DNA of 64,000 nucleotides from an uncultured Verrucomicrobiae bacterium (GTDB lineage Bacteria; Chlamydiota; Chlamydiia; Chlamydiales; Rhabdochlamydiaceae): NCBI GenBank assembly GCA_963731265.1, contig CAVSUE010000001.1, positions 224,001 to 288,000 of the forward strand, read 5' to 3'. Shown piece by piece: positions 11,392 to 21,400 of this stretch (position 1 is its first letter; each line of letters starts with the position of its first letter). The notes under the pieces were generated by a model. It saw only the letters and a program-made list of their open reading frames with translations, ran no database searches and was not told where the DNA came from. The position numbers and the translations under genes were made by a program.

Positions 11392-12702
11392 TCAAGAGGC
11401 CGGCTTGTTTTTTTGCTGCTCTTCGAGTTGTTTTTGTTCTTGAAATCGTTGAAAAATCAGCTGTATTTGCTCCATTTGCTGACGGTAGTGGTGGCGATGG
11501 TACTCGGCGATTCTGTCGAGCGTCACCCGACTGATGGCAATGCTGCGTTCCTGATTAGTTACGCTTAAATGATCCTGGCCTGCAAAGGCATGGGCAGGTC
11601 CCCGGTAGTCGTCGCCTTTGGGTTGAATGAATTCCAATTGCGTGAAAACGGCATTTTGATCTTCTTCAGGTAATTGATAGAATCTCCGCAGAAGTTCTTC
11701 GGGAGGTTTTTTCCCTTCGATATTGGCAAAATCACTGGCCAGCGTATGCATGAGTAAATGGCGGATCGCGTGAGCGCGGCAAAGGTTCGAAGCAGAATCG
11801 AGGACGGTGCTGCCTTCAAACAGTTTTTGACCAATTGGCCAAGGATCGTGGGCTCCAAGCGGATCGATGAGGAGATAGGTTTGATAATAGATGGCATTGC
11901 GGATGTTTTCGGGCATGGCCATGAACTGCTCTTTCAGGTCGCCCGAATAATATTGAGATCCGGAAAACTGTTCGGAAGAAAGGGCTTCCGATAAGCGGAT
12001 CAACTCGTCGTGTTCTACGGGAAGGATGGAGGTTTTTGCTTCAGGAAGGCGCGGTTTTAGGGTTTCATTTTCAGCGCTGACCGCTGCGAGGCGTTGTTCC
12101 AATTCGGCGTTTTTTGTTTGGAGTTCTTCCAGCTGTTCCTGGTGAACTTCGGGTTGCACTGGGGTTGCGTCCAAGTCGACTTCAGATTCCACAGACTCAG
12201 CAGTTGGTGTTCCTTGAGGAGATTCTGATGGGTGTCTTCTCCTGCTTTCAGGAATGGGGCGGGAGTCAGACCGTTCACGTTCTCTTCTTCGCTGATGATG
12301 GTGAGTTCTTCCGCGCAAAGGAGAAGCGTTTCGGTCTCCATCATTTTCATGCAAATGGTCTCGATAAATGGCATTCGCTTTTTTAAGAATGCCCTCATTG
12401 ATCCGTTCAACTTCAATATCATCCACGTCGATTGCCTCAGCATCGCCGATGGTTCGGCCTCTTTGGTCCACCTTTTGGACGGTGATTCGATCGCCGGTAA
12501 TGCGGATCCTGACATTGACTGTTTCATGGGAATCGCCGGAAGGTAGAAAGTCTTGGAACCTGGTTTGAAAAAGCGGAGACGCGACGAGTTCATCGATCTT
12601 CTCTGCCATGGAATCGCAAAGAGCCTCTCGGTGCGTTCGGCAAAGGCCGAGCTCACGCGACCTGCCATTATAAATGTGAACATTCCTAATTTCAGAAGTC
12701 AT
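11392..12702 (-). CDS. hypothetical protein with coiled coil and two C-terminal repeats, possible effector
   Basis: 436-aa ORF, AT-rich upstream region, disordered middle, duplicated F..(L/M)PE...NA module. Confidence 0.8.
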   Translation of the reverse strand: MTSEIRNVHIYNGRSRELGLCRTHREALCDSMAEKIDELVASPLFQTRFQDFLPSGDSHETVNVRIRITGDRITVQKVDQRGRTIGDAEAIDVDDIEVERINEGILKKANAIYRDHLHENDGDRNASPLRGRTHHHQRRRERERSDSRPIPESRRRHPSESPQGTPTAESVESEVDLDATPVQPEVHQEQLEELQTKNAELEQRLAAVSAENETLKPRLPEAKTSILPVEHDELIRLSEALSSEQFSGSQYYSGDLKEQFMAMPENIRNAIYYQTYLLIDPLGAHDPWPIGQKLFEGSTVLDSASNLCRAHAIRHLLMHTLASDFANIEGKKPPEELLRRFYQLPEEDQNAVFTQLEFIQPKGDDYRGPAHAFAGQDHLSVTNQERSIAISRVTLDRIAEYHRHHYRQQMEQIQLIFQRFQEQKQLEEQQKNKPAS

Positions 12703-12911
12703 ATTAACCTAAATAATCATTGATTGTTGTTAATAATTATACTATATAGTTAATAAATAATCAAAAGTAGGATGATTTAAAAATTTTAATTATGTATAAT
12801 AATTTATTTAATATAAAGAAAGTCGTGTCTGGCGTCAAAAAATGAAGGGTGGTAGAGTGGCTTTAAACAGCTAATCCCTCTTTTAAAATTTTTCTTCACA
12901 GGGCGGCATTC

Positions 12912-14144
12912 GTGCGTAAACTATTATTTCTAATTTTTACTTGCGCTGCAGCACTATCCCATGCGCGGGAGCCTTCGATTATCTATCTGACCTGGATGCA
13001 TGATCCTACAACGACGATGACGGTGCATTGGCATACTGCGGACGAAGACTGTGTTTCAGCTGTTCTTTACCGAAAAATGGGGGATTCCGAATGGGAGAAA
13101 AAAGAAGGGATTTATAGCCCGCTGCCAAAAACACCCTTTTTGGTCCACACCGTGGAAATCGATGAATTGGAACCGAATGCCGACTATCAATTCCGCATTG
13201 TCGGGCAAGATAAAATCCAACGGTTTCGAACCCTTCCTGACATGCTTTCCAGGCCTGTACGCTTCGTTGTTGGCGGGGATGCTTATTTTTATCTTTCCAC
13301 ATTGCAAAGAATGAATGCGGAGATCGCCGCGCGGAATCCGGATTTTGTGGTGGTCGGAGGAGATATTGCTTATACGAATGGCCGGCGGGCAGTCTACAAG
13401 GGAAAGGATTGGGAAATCACCCGGTGGCGCACTTTTTTGAAAGAATGGAAAACTCGGATGATTGATTCCGATGGCAGGATGATCCCCATGGTTCCCGTCA
13501 TTGGAAACCATGATATTAAGCCGACAACACTTTCAACATCGACGGCTACCCATCTTCTCTTTTATGAATTGTTTGCTACCCCGGAAAAAGGGGTTCCGTA
13601 CCGAGTCCTGGATGCAGGGAATTATTTGAGCCTGTTCCTACTCGATTCGGGGCATAGTTTCCACATTGAAGGGCAGCAAACAAAATGGCTGCAAAAAACC
13701 CTTTCTGAACGGGAAAATATGTTCTATAAGATGGCCGCCTACCATATCGCCGCCTTTCCATCGGTTTATCCTTTCCGGGGACATGGGCCGAAGAAACTTC
13801 GCGCTCAATGGAATCCCCTTTTTGAAAGATACCATTTGAACGTCGCCTTTGAGCATCACAACCATGCGTATAAGCGGACCTTTCCCATGAAAGGGAATAA
13901 GATCGATCCCGATGGCGTGGTCTATATGGGAGATGGTTCCTGGGGAGTGACTCCGAGAAAGCCCAAAAAATTATGGTATCTGGAAAAGATCGCACAGGCA
14001 AACGCGGTCTGTCTGATCACTTTAACGCCTCAAAAGGGTACAGTTGAGGCGCTGACCATTCAAGGGAAAATCATCGATTCCGTCGAAACCTTCCCCATGA
14101 ATCCGCTCGTGGTTTTGAATGAAACCCGATTACTTCAGTACTAG
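12912..14144 (+). CDS. exported purple-acid-phosphatase-like metallophosphoesterase
   Basis: Signal peptide, FN3-like N domain, GGD, GGDIAY, GNHD, AYH, EHHNHAY motifs. Confidence 0.9.
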   Translation: MRKLLFLIFTCAAALSHAREPSIIYLTWMHDPTTTMTVHWHTADEDCVSAVLYRKMGDSEWEKKEGIYSPLPKTPFLVHTVEIDELEPNADYQFRIVGQDKIQRFRTLPDMLSRPVRFVVGGDAYFYLSTLQRMNAEIAARNPDFVVVGGDIAYTNGRRAVYKGKDWEITRWRTFLKEWKTRMIDSDGRMIPMVPVIGNHDIKPTTLSTSTATHLLFYELFATPEKGVPYRVLDAGNYLSLFLLDSGHSFHIEGQQTKWLQKTLSERENMFYKMAAYHIAAFPSVYPFRGHGPKKLRAQWNPLFERYHLNVAFEHHNHAYKRTFPMKGNKIDPDGVVYMGDGSWGVTPRKPKKLWYLEKIAQANAVCLITLTPQKGTVEALTIQGKIIDSVETFPMNPLVVLNETRLLQY

Positions 14145-14958
14145 GTAGAATCGACAATTAAGTTAGCCATGTCCAAATTGCTCCTACAAAAACCATAGCT
14201 AAGAAATGGATTCCTTTTTTTTCATATCTCGTTCCTATCCGTCTAAATCTTTTCAGCCGATTAAAGAATCTCTCAATTAAGTTCCGTCTTTTGTATAGCC
14301 ATTCAGGATATTGCCTTTGGTAATAACAACATTGCCTCACAGGATCACTGCTATTGAACCTATACTTTCTATGGCCTTATCAACTTTTCCTGCGTCATAC
14401 CCTTTGTCTCCTATTACGTATTTTGCACTCTTTCCCGAAACTAGTCCTACAGCCTCCTGAACATCATGTACTCCTCCTGTTAGTTTAAAATCTATCGGCC
14501 GTCCATGTGCATCCACTACGCAGTGAATTTTAGTTGTTAATCCACCTCTGGCGTGCCCCAAAGCCTCGAGAGTCTTTTTTTTACTCTTGTGGTCTGTTGA
14601 TGCGCTTTCACAATCGTAATATCAATCATGATGTATTCATTCTTAGCATCTTTTGTCAGTACTTTTAAAACCTGCTCCTTAGCCCACATTGAAAATCGTT
14701 TATGCGTGCTTTTCCAATTTCCATAGCATTCAGGAAGATCACACCATCTAGCCCCACTTCTTAAAATCCATAAAACCGCATTCACAAAAAGTCTGTTATC
14801 CTTTGCCGTTACACCACAGGTTTCTTTTCTTCCGGGAAGAAAATCGCGGATTTTCTCTTATTGCTGATCTGAAAGCTCGTATTTAGACTTGGAGATTCCC
14901 ACCCCTGTTTGGGGGTAAATATTTTAATGAAAAATTTTTAATTGTCGATTCTACCTAG
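14141..14958 (-). mobile_element. IS5-family (IS427-like) insertion sequence, decayed
   Basis: Perfect inverted ends CTAGGTAGAATCGACAATTA / TAATTGTCGATTCTACCTAG including the CTAG target; transposase fragments inside. Confidence 0.92.
14158..14890 (-). pseudogene. IS5-family transposase pseudogene
   Basis: YELSDQQ*EKI...NAVLWILRSGARWCDLP; RGGLTTKIHCVVDAHG...GDKGYD; YKRRNLIERFFNRLKRFRRI; premature stop and an extra frame break besides the A-run slippage site. Confidence 0.9.
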
Positions 14959-15135
14959 TGTTCCATTGTCTGAGCGTGTAGTTAACTCTTTCCATGTCAG
15001 ATGTTTTACTCGAATCTTTTTCTTTATATAAAAATAAATTCTTAGTTTAATTTTAATTATATTTGTATATACTCGCTATTTCGATTTAAAAAAAACAAGT
15101 TATTTTATATAATTAAATGCAAAAAGGATAAACTT

Positions 15136-16239
15136 ATGACTCAAAGCAGCACCGTAATGAACAATGTCTTCTGGGGTTTAAATGAAGATTGGTGGAAACA
15201 GATTTATGATGGAAAATATCATCAATTTGGGTGCGAAGTTTTTGATAAGGGGTTACATGGGAATAATAAAGAACCTGGCTTCTATAGTAGTATCAAAAGG
15301 GCTAGCGAATATGCTTCACAGCAAATGGGTAACCTTCTAACCATTGAATGTTACAAAAGAATTCATCAACTTGCATGTGAGCATTTTCTTTATGTAGAAC
15401 GAAATGCAATCAATGTCGATAAAAATGATATTGATAAATTTCGAAACACATACTGTTCCTGTTTTAGAAATCTTATGAAAGATAATTATGAATATGAAAA
15501 TTCAGAGCAATCTGAAAAGAGAAGGCAGAGCTTCGTTCTGTTAAATCAGATTCGATGGGACCTTTTATTAAGAGATGGGATAGAGACCAAAATGGGATCC
15601 AAAGAAGAATTGAATCGACTGCCGCCTGAAATTAGGGAGCGCATATTTCAAAAATTCACTAATGCTGATTTTTTCACCAAAAAAATGGACGTCGTGGGAT
15701 TCTTCGAAAAAGGAAATCTCTGCTATGAAGAAGCCCTTGAATCCATGGAAAAAGTAAAAGAACAGTTATCCTCCTCTCAAATAGAACGGAATCTTCCAAA
15801 ACCTCTTGTCTCGTTAAAAATTGATGCTACAGGTGAGGAGAAGTTAGTTTTTGTTAATTACAATTATCAAAACCCTATTGAGATAGAAGAAGCGCTACAT
15901 AAGCTCATAAATGATTATAATGAGAAAATAAGAGGGATTAATTCGGATCCTTATCAGAGGAATGTTGAAGAAAATGAGCTTGCACTGAAGTGTATTGCAG
16001 AGCTTTTTCAAAATCTTGAATGGCTTCACCCTTATTTCGATGGTCAAGGACGAACAGACTTAGTCCTATTAGCAAAACTTCTTACTGAGAATGGATTTAA
16101 CCCTTGCATTCTGTATTTTCCCTATTTCTCAACTTTCGAACCCTTGGAAAAATGGGTTTCTTATATCAAAGAGGGGATGGAGGCCTGGAAAAAGGAACTT
16201 AAAGCATCCACTTTTGACTCGAATTTCGGACATCAGTAA
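15136..16239 (+). CDS. Fic-domain protein, AnkX-like, putative effector
   Basis: HPYFDGQGRTDL Fic motif; N-terminal WW...YDG...EPG...KRIH; low GC. Confidence 0.85.
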   Translation: MTQSSTVMNNVFWGLNEDWWKQIYDGKYHQFGCEVFDKGLHGNNKEPGFYSSIKRASEYASQQMGNLLTIECYKRIHQLACEHFLYVERNAINVDKNDIDKFRNTYCSCFRNLMKDNYEYENSEQSEKRRQSFVLLNQIRWDLLLRDGIETKMGSKEELNRLPPEIRERIFQKFTNADFFTKKMDVVGFFEKGNLCYEEALESMEKVKEQLSSSQIERNLPKPLVSLKIDATGEEKLVFVNYNYQNPIEIEEALHKLINDYNEKIRGINSDPYQRNVEENELALKCIAELFQNLEWLHPYFDGQGRTDLVLLAKLLTENGFNPCILYFPYFSTFEPLEKWVSYIKEGMEAWKKELKASTFDSNFGHQ

Positions 16240-16297
16240 ACACACAATTAAAAATAAGGAAAATCGACAAGCACTACCCATGATTGCAAAAATAAGC

Positions 16298-18130
16298 TCA
16301 CGAATTTTTTCCATTAGACACTAACTTCGTTAACAGAGCATTAGAGCGGGCGACGAATTGGGACAAGGCCGCAGGTTCGAGTTCGCGCTGAGAAAGCAGG
16401 GACAGCTCGTACAAATGATGCACCATCTCTGTGGCTAAAGCGGGGTCTTTTTCTTTCAGGCCGTAAATGGATTGGACAAGAGGATTGTTCGTGTTGACCA
16501 CAAATGTGCGTTTAGTCCCAAAATGCAGCGGCAGCGGTTGCTGGGCCAGTGCCATCGATTCACGCAGGCGGCGCATCTCTTCGTCAACGACGAGAAGGGC
16601 GGGAACGGAATCGGTATTCAAGCTTTTCGCTTCTACAGACAGGTTGTCGAGTCCCAGTTTCGAGCGGATAAAGTCAGCGATTTTAAAACTCTCTGTGCGG
16701 CCATCTGCATCCAGAAGAGTTTTTTCACGCGACGCGTCGACAATGGCTTCGTCGATTGCGCCATCGATCCGTTGGAATTTGACGCCATCGATTTTGTCTT
16801 CCAAAAAGCTGATCAAAGGAGTGTCGACAACAGAAGAAGCAGCCAATATTTCGATTCCTTTTTGCTTATAAAGGTCTAAAATATGGCCTTGCTGGTCCTC
16901 TGAACTATAGAAGATCTTACCCTTGTATTCCTCTTTGTGCCTTTCAAGATATTCAGGGATTGTCGTCCAGTCGCCATTTAAATTTTTCCAGATGAGAAAA
17001 TCTTTAGAGCGTTCGTAGAATTTATCATCCTGGAGAATGCCGAGCTTGATGATCATTTCGATGTCTGGCCAAGCTTTCAGAAATTTTTCCCGTTCGGAAA
17101 CATGGAGAGAAGAAAGGCGGTCGGACACTTTTTTCGAAATATGCTGGGAGAGTTGGCGCACCGTGCGGTCCATTTGCAACGTGCTGCGGGATACGTTGAG
17201 TGGGATGTCCGGGCTGTCTATAGCGCCTCTTAAGATCATCAAATAATCGGGAATCAGGTCTTTGCAGTGGTCGGAGACAAAGACGCGATTGCAGAACAAT
17301 TTGATCGTGTTGTGATTCCAATCAAAGCGTTTGGTGATTTTAGGGAAATAGAGGATCCCTTTGAGATGAAAAGGGTAATCGACATTGAGGTGGATCCAAA
17401 AAATGGGATCCGGGTCGAGAGGATAAAGGGAGTGATAGAATTCGAGATATTCTGCATCGCTGCATTCCGAAGAGTTTTTCAACCAAAGGGGCTGCTTCTT
17501 GTTGATCTGCGATCCATTGAGATAGATGGGAAAAGGTAAAAAAGCACAGTAGTGCTGCAAGATTGATCGAAGACGGCTTTCTTCCAAGAACTCGTCATTG
17601 TCTTTGCTGATGAAAAGGGTGATCTCTGTGCCGCGAGTCGTTCGCTGCCCTTTGTCCAATGTGTATGAGACCGATCCATCGCAAGTCCACAGCGCAGCCT
17701 CAGCGCCGTTTCTATAAGAAAGAGTGTCAATGGTCACATTTTCTGCAACCATATATGAGGAGTAAAAGCCCAAGCCAAAGTGGCCGATGATTTGATCTTT
17801 TTCGTTCTGCGAGCTGTATTTTCCAATGAATTCTTCGGCGCCAGAAAAAGCGACTTGCGCAATGTATTTTTCCACTTCTTCAGCAGTCATCCCAATTCCG
17901 TTGTCCGTAAAAGTCAGCGTCCGGCCATGTTTGTCGATTTTCAGATCGATGCGGAACTCCTCATCAGGTGTCGTCAATTCTCCATGGTCGCGCAAGACGC
18001 GGCACTTTTGAATCGCATCGCAAGCATTGGAAATGAGTTCGCGGACGAAGATGTCCTTGTCGGAGTAAAGCCATTTTTTTATGATCGGCAGAATGTTCTC
18101 AGTATGGATTTTCAAAGTGCCCGATGTCAT
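16298..18130 (-). CDS. htpG: chaperone HtpG (Hsp90)
   Basis: LYSDKDIFVRELISNACDA, DNGIGM, IGHFGLGFYS, DSPDIPLNVSR. Confidence 0.97.
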   Translation of the reverse strand: MTSGTLKIHTENILPIIKKWLYSDKDIFVRELISNACDAIQKCRVLRDHGELTTPDEEFRIDLKIDKHGRTLTFTDNGIGMTAEEVEKYIAQVAFSGAEEFIGKYSSQNEKDQIIGHFGLGFYSSYMVAENVTIDTLSYRNGAEAALWTCDGSVSYTLDKGQRTTRGTEITLFISKDNDEFLEESRLRSILQHYCAFLPFPIYLNGSQINKKQPLWLKNSSECSDAEYLEFYHSLYPLDPDPIFWIHLNVDYPFHLKGILYFPKITKRFDWNHNTIKLFCNRVFVSDHCKDLIPDYLMILRGAIDSPDIPLNVSRSTLQMDRTVRQLSQHISKKVSDRLSSLHVSEREKFLKAWPDIEMIIKLGILQDDKFYERSKDFLIWKNLNGDWTTIPEYLERHKEEYKGKIFYSSEDQQGHILDLYKQKGIEILAASSVVDTPLISFLEDKIDGVKFQRIDGAIDEAIVDASREKTLLDADGRTESFKIADFIRSKLGLDNLSVEAKSLNTDSVPALLVVDEEMRRLRESMALAQQPLPLHFGTKRTFVVNTNNPLVQSIYGLKEKDPALATEMVHHLYELSLLSQRELEPAALSQFVARSNALLTKLVSNGKNS

Positions 18131-18425
18131 GAAGCCTCCCTGCGGAATTTATAGGTAGATTACTTGATAGGGAGTATTCCATGCAAACTGGCATAAATTT
18201 CAAAAAATAATTATCACTTCTGACCATCTGCATCTCAAAATCCTGAAAACCACTTGTGGATAGCTTCATCCGGTTTTAAAATATGTTGAATTCAAATTTC
18301 TTATTGATCTATAAAAAAATCATTCTAAGGTAAGCCCATAAATTTGCAAGTTTGTCGGCGAATGCGGCCAGTTTAAAGTCACTGGCCTCTGGAATTGTCC
18401 CTAAATCAACTTTTGGAGAGCGGCG

Positions 18426-21400
18426 ATGGCATCAACTTTTACATTCAAAAAAGCAATTCAATCCTTACTGTACTATTCTATCTGTTCAGCAGCCGTACCG
18501 CTTTTTAGTATGGATCGGCAAGTTACGACAACAGCGGATGATGGCAGCACAGGATCATTGCGACAGGTGATTAATGCTACAAATGGAAGTGGAGGCGCTC
18601 CCGGTGATACGATTACTTTTACAGTTGGTGGCACGATTACCTTAGCGTCGCCTCTAACCCCGATTACTCAGCAGAACGTCGTTATGAATACAAATGGCAA
18701 CGCAATTACATTAAATGGAGGGGGCACTTATTCGGGTCTTTTTATTTGGCCAACTGCGCAAAGCTTTATTCTTAATAACACGGTAAATGGATCTTTCACT
18801 TCACTAAATACCGCTTCTATCGGAGGAAGTGGAGGAACTAATGCAGGTGGAGCTCTTGGGGCAGGTGGAGGGATTTTTGTTCCAGCAGCTACTGAGGTTA
18901 CAATCCAAGGCATCACTTTAACAAACTGCAAGGCGACAGGAGGAGCGGGTGGACCTCCCAATTCCGGCGGAGGAGGCTTCCTCGGTGGTGGTGGCGGTAT
19001 GAGTTCTTCCTTTGGTGGAACAGTGACCGGGGGTACCGCAGGAGGCGGCGGTGGCGGTGGATTTGGGATGGCGTCCGGCGGCGGTGGAAGCGGGGACAGC
19101 GGCGGCGGCGGTGGCGGCATTGGAGTTGGCAATAGTGGAGGAAATTCCCTGGGGGGGACTGTGGAAGGTGCCGGAGGAGGATCGGATGCAGGCGCTGGGG
19201 GTAATGCACCGGCCCTTATAGCTGGTAACGGATCAACCGGAACCTCAGGCTCGGGAGGAGGAGGCGGCGGCGGGGTAAATGATGGTGGCGCAAGCGGAAC
19301 CGGTAGCAGTGGAGGCGGGGGGGCTATTGGAGGCTTTCTGGTGGCAAATTTTGGTGGTAATGGGGGCCCAATTTTAGGGGGCTTCGGAGGTGCAAATCCG
19401 GGTACTACGGGTACTTCTGGAGGCGGAGGGGGAGGCGTAGGCGGCGGCGGCGGCGGAACGGGCGGGAATGGAGGTGCTGGCGGATATTCCGGCGGTGGCG
19501 GCGGGGGTGGAGAAGTAGCAGCTGCTGTCCAAACAACCGGAGGTGCTGGAGGTTTTGGGGGTGGAGGAGGAGCCGGCTCCAATCAAGGTGGCGCTGGAGG
19601 ATTTGGTGGAGGCGGTGGTAGTTACACAACGATGCCAGGTACAGCGGGAGCCGGAGGAGGAAACTTTGGCGGACACGGTGGCAGTAGTCCTGGCCTGGGC
19701 GGTGGCGGTGGCGGTGGTGCTGGATTGGGAGGAGCCATTTTCATTGATCAGACTGGTTACCTTACGGTGAGGGGTCTTATAATCAGTGGTAGCACTATTT
19801 CTGGGGGTGCCGCTGGGGACCTTGCTTCTGGTTCTCTGCCCGGAGAGGCGTCTGGTATTGATATCTTCATTAGGGCGACCGGAACGATGAATTTCGCCCA
19901 GTCTAATACGGTGACTCTTTCCAGTTCCAACTCAATTAATAGCGATACGGCCACAGGCGGAGGGGCAGGCGGAATAGTGATGAGCGGAACTGGAATATTA
20001 GTTTTTGGAGCTCAAAATTTCTATGCAGGTAGTACCGATTTCGAGGGAGGGACGACACAAGTTTCTGCGGATAATCAGCTTGGCCTATCACAAAACCCTC
20101 TATATTTCGGAACTTATCAGGGAAATGGAACTTTAGAAATAACTGCTAATGGTTTTTCATCAGCTCGTTCAGTGCAGTTAGGAACATTTGGGGGAACAAT
20201 AGAGACAGACCCCTCCGTTACGGCCACATTTAGCGGCCCGATTACTAATTATATGTCACAAACTGGAGCGTTAACAAAATCTGGGACGGGAACACTTGTT
20301 CTTTCTGATGCTAGCAATACCTATAGTGGTGGAACGAACTTCACCGCGGGCACGGTTCAGATTTCCAGCCCAGGAGATCTAGGAAACTCCTCTGGTGTCC
20401 TTACTTTTACGAATGCAGCTATTCTCGAGTTTACAGCTGGTTTTGCTACGAATACTCTGTCATCCCCCATTACATTAGGGGGCTCAGGGACCGGCTCCGG
20501 AGGAACTCTACAAACTGATACGGGGGTGACTGCGACCCTTAGCGGAGCGATCACGGGAAATGGTCAGCTCACTAAACAAGGAACAGGAACACTTACTTTA
20601 TCTGGCACATCGAACACCTACCACGGACAAACAAATCTTCTTGTCGGAACCGTTGCCTCTGCAGCGTCTAATAATTTATCTCCGAACTCTGTCGTATCTT
20701 TCTCAGGGGCGAGTGCAGGAGCTTCCCTGAATGTTACCGCAGGATCTGGTACAACAAATACAATTGGTGGTCTAACCGGAGGCACAGCTTCGATTGGCAG
20801 TGTTATGTTGGGAGCCAACATATTGGCTTTAAACACCTCCACGAGCCTGTCTTATGGAGGGAGTATAACGGGATCAACGGGCGGAATCACTAAGACTGGA
20901 GGAGGCACCCAAACTCTCACAGGCACTGCTAACGTTTACTCAGGGCTCACGACAATTAACCAAGGGACTCTTGCAGCAGGAGCGACAAATGCTTTGTCTG
21001 CCACCTCCATTGTGACTTTCTCGGCGAGTGATCCAACAGCTACACTCACTATCTCCGGATTTAATAATACAGTGGCGGGCCTTGCAGGAGGCGGCGTTTC
21101 GGCGGGGACTGTTAACTTGGGCGCCAACACATTAACTATCAACAACACGACCGCATCTTCTTTTGCGGGTGCTATCTCTGGAACAGGCGGAATCACTAAA
21201 ACAGGTACAGCCCCCCAAACTTTCACGGGCGTCGGTCGCAACATCTACCAAGGAGTCACGACAATTGACGCGGGAACCCTTACTGCAGGTGCGATGAATG
21301 CGTTATCTCCCAATTCCATTGTTACCTTGTTAAATGTTGCAGGAGCTACCCTCAATATCACAGCTAATAACCAAATTGCCGGCCTTTCTGGAGGAGGAAC

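Noticed and set aside
12912..16239. Phosphoesterase as the eraser partner of the Fic protein
   Set aside because: Only proximity supports it; it has a Sec-type signal peptide, backbone-like composition and an IS in between
18131..18425. CIRCE element upstream of htpG
   Set aside because: No TTAGCACTC-N9-GAGTGCTAA match
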